Positions 32,802 through 35,813 of a DNA stretch of 35,813 nt are shown piece by piece. Location: NCBI GenBank assembly GCA_000697335.1, contig JNEM01012434.1, positions 1 through 35,813 on the forward strand. Direction: 5' to 3'. The position numbers were made by a program, and so were the translations under genes. How positions within the stretch are numbered: position 1 is the stretch's first letter; each line of letters starts with the position of its first letter. The notes under the pieces were generated by a model. It made no database searches. It saw only the letters and a list, made by a program, of their open reading frames with translations, and was not told the origin of the DNA. Source of the stretch: Conidiobolus incongruus B7586. Its lineage: Eukaryota.

Positions 32802-35278
32802 TATTGATTATAATAGATTATATTTACTTGTGAGTATGGTAGATGACTTGTAGCTGACTATATATAGTCCAATTTAATTCAAATTCAACTTGATAACCGA
32901 TAAGAAATGTAATCCAAATATCATTGCCCCGAGATATTCTTCGGAATCGTCTGTTTCAATATAATATCAAATCAATAGAAAATGATTGTCAGGTTTTTCA
33001 GCTTCCTGTTTCGCCACTTTCCTTAATAGTTCAATATATTATATTCTTTGGAACTTTTCACTTTAAAATATTTTTGATCTTTATCAAGTATTGTGGAAAA
33101 AGTTTTGTCGGATTGTTAATACCTTTAACCAAATTTGTATTAAGGTCCGAAATCAATAATTTAAATTCTATTAAATCTAATTCGTTACACATAAGGAATC
33201 AAAACATGTAAATTATTATATTAATTGAAATAATTATCATTTATTATTAAGGATGATTGCAGAGAGAATTATATTTAAAAAATATATTCAATAATTGTTA
33301 TTAATTATCAAATTAATATCCCTTGTGCAATAAGTTTGAAAAAAGATCATAAATCATATAATATTTCAATCTAACCTATATTAGTTAAATATTGAAAAAT
33401 ATAATTTCAATAGTTAGGTTTTGAAAAGATTAAACTTGTTAAAATAATTCTTATTATAACTAGTTTGTATACTACATTGAGGCTTTATTTATATTTTATG
33501 CAATAACTACTATATTTGATAAAATAATTGTAGATTATATAGTATGGGTATTGCAATAAATTTATTTATTCAACCAAAAATTAGAATATTAGATATAATA
33601 AATAATTGAATATTGATGATTGAAAAAGTTTTTGTATTTACATTAAAGGTTACAAAAATGATTTATAATGTGAATAACTCTATAATGATTACTAAATGTG
33701 CTGTATTGCAATTCATATTTTACCACTTTCATTAATCATTGCTATCATGTCCATCCACTTTATAAATAGTCGCTATCTTGCGTATTTAACATTAAATTTA
33801 AAAATTTCTTTTAATAATAATCCAATACGGTCTATCAATTAAATAATATTCACAATATCTCTAGTCTGTATTAAATTATAGTTATTAAACAATATTATAT
33901 TTGCAATTTCGAAACTGTAAAAATAAAAATATAATATAGAAATGTGGTGAATAAATTCCTATGTATCCAATGATAAATGAATTGAATCAATTTCTTAAAA
34001 TACAAACAAATATTATTTTATGTACTCAAATAAGTACAATTGAAAAGGAAAATAGTTATCTCAAAGCCTTTTTTAAAATAATCAACATAGTAAAATGAAA
34101 ATTTTTATATACCAAAATATTTGATAATATTCATAATATTAAAATTTTTGAACTGGAATGTCAAATTACTTTGAATCAAATTATGATGAAATATTTTGCA
34201 ATGAGATTTATTATAGAATATATATGATAATGATCATAATATCTTCAATTTAGAATAATTTTTATATTCAACTCATACTATTATACAATGTTCCAATACA
34301 TTACATTTTAAAAATTAGCCATATCATATTATTTCCAATAGTTTGATTATCTCAATTTATTGGAATATGGTAAGTTTTTAATTTCAAATCCCATATACAA
34401 TATTATGATATTCAGAAAATATATATTAAAATATATAATTTCTTATTATTATATAAATTATAATATAAAAAACTAAGTATTTATTTCAACAAACCTATTA
34501 TAAAGATACAAGATTTGCTCAAACAAATACTTACTTTTATTTGAAATAAACTGCTAATAAAATTTTCCGAAATACAAAAGTAATATAAAATATTAAATTC
34601 GAAGAATTACTTATTTGATAGAGTTAATGATGCTGTTCATGGAAATTAATATATCGTGTTAAAATATAAATATGCTTATCCTAAAAGCAAAAACACTAAT
34701 TAGGCTAAAAATATTTTTAAAATATACGAAAAATTAAAATATACCTAACAATATCAATATCAATAAAAATATTCTCATAAATCAAATTATTAAATTTTTT
34801 TTCAATTTTATATATTTGGGATATTTATCAAATGTAATAATTTTATACTTTCTAATACTCTATGCAGGCCAATAATTATTATAATCCAAAATTTAATAAA
34901 ATATCACTGTAAAATATAATCATTGAAAATTTTTTTAAATGAAAGTATCTCATTAATATTTTTATTTAAATATATAATAAAAATTCTATTAGTTAAAGCA
35001 TATGATAATTATTTTTAGGAAATAATTGTGATATATGTATTATTTATATATTACTATATAGTATTATGATATGAAACTACAACCTATGATATTATGAAAC
35101 AAACAAGGAAAATTATTAATATACAAAACATTTTGAGTAGAGAATATTGATTTGAAGTATAATACTTCAATTAAATATTCAATCCTTGTTATTATTAGTC
35201 TTCTGAAAAAATGCAAAATTCACAGCTTGACTTATGAATTTAAGATTAAAATGGAAAAAAATTTAAAAAAGTGAAATA

Positions 35279-35813
35279 TTACTCTGCATTTTTAATAATG
35301 GGAATTTTTTGCGATTAAAAATAAATAAACATTTGAATATATGATATATAAAAATAAATATATAAAATAAATTTAATAGTTTCCTTTATTATTAATAACT
35401 TTTTGCCATACTTTTGGCAAACTTCTAACACCTAAAAAACAGTTCTTTTTATTAAGGACTGAAATTTGATGTTTCACAAACCAATTAAATTTTCCTGCAG
35501 AAATTTTCTTTCCTGCAAGCTGGTTTTTTAATTGCCCAAAGCAATTATAATCACATGGGTTATAATCAGGGGAATATACTAGATGTGGTAGTTTTTTCCA
35601 GTTATTTTTAATTAGAAAGTTTTTTACAGCTTTAGATTTATGTATTTTACAATTATCATGCAAAATAATAGGTCTTCTCAAATTATATTGAGAACACCAA
35701 TTAGAAATACTTTGATTTAAAAAAGCAATATATAGTTTACTATTAATTGATTTTCCTTCAGGAACTAAATAAGAATAGCATATACCATTATAATCCATTG
35801 CAATAATTAACAT
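35279..35813 (-). mobile_element. 3' part of a mariner (DD34D) element, truncated by the window end
   Basis: TA (35277-35278) followed by TIR TTACTCTGCATTTTTAATAATGGGAATTTTTT; same family as 24221..25527, opposite orientation. Confidence 0.9.
35373..35813 (-). CDS. Mariner transposase, C-terminal part (open within the window; functionality unknown)
   Basis: LHDNCKIH...LPHLVYSPDYNPCDY..F..LK, with exactly 34 residues between the second and third Asp; ends LPKVWQKVINNKGNY. Confidence 0.88.
   Translation of the reverse strand: MLIIAMDYNGICYSYLVPEGKSINSKLYIAFLNQSISNWCSQYNLRRPIILHDNCKIHKSKAVKNFLIKNNWKKLPHLVYSPDYNPCDYNCFGQLKNQLAGKKISAGKFNWFVKHQISVLNKKNCFLGVRSLPKVWQKVINNKGNY

Noticed and set aside
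1..35813. CRISPR array, rRNA or telomeric repeats
   Set aside because: No regularly spaced repeat-spacer array, rRNA-like segment or telomeric tract was seen.

Overview
Very AT-rich, gene-sparse eukaryotic DNA with short GT-AG introns, TATA boxes, AATAAA signals and the standard genetic code. It most resembles an early-diverging fungus of the Conidiobolus/Entomophthoromycotina type (inference, not provable here). The window holds three locally amplified gene families. (1) Two tandem cAMP-receptor-like 7TM GPCR genes, each with a small 3' intron that the ORF track misses. (2) Three secreted Q/N-rich proteins with a bacterial-type CHAP (Cys/His amidohydrolase/peptidase) domain: two intact and one frame-preserved pseudogene with three stops, with a tRNA-Arg(ACG) between copies 1 and 2. 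(3) Four secreted Cys-containing proteins resembling peptidase inhibitor I78/potato-I with a predicted P1 Arg; two copies lie in an identical 860-bp duplication. Between the inhibitor genes are a decayed full-length DD34D mariner and a decayed two-gene PIF/Harbinger element with TIRs and an ATT target-site duplication. The 3' end of a better-preserved mariner copy lies at the window edge. The transposons show strongly polarised C>T/G>A decay, while the identical host-gene duplication does not. The best candidate for a new system is a eukaryotic secreted CHAP hydrolase family with an altered catalytic triad, clustered with amplified protease inhibitors and GPCRs.
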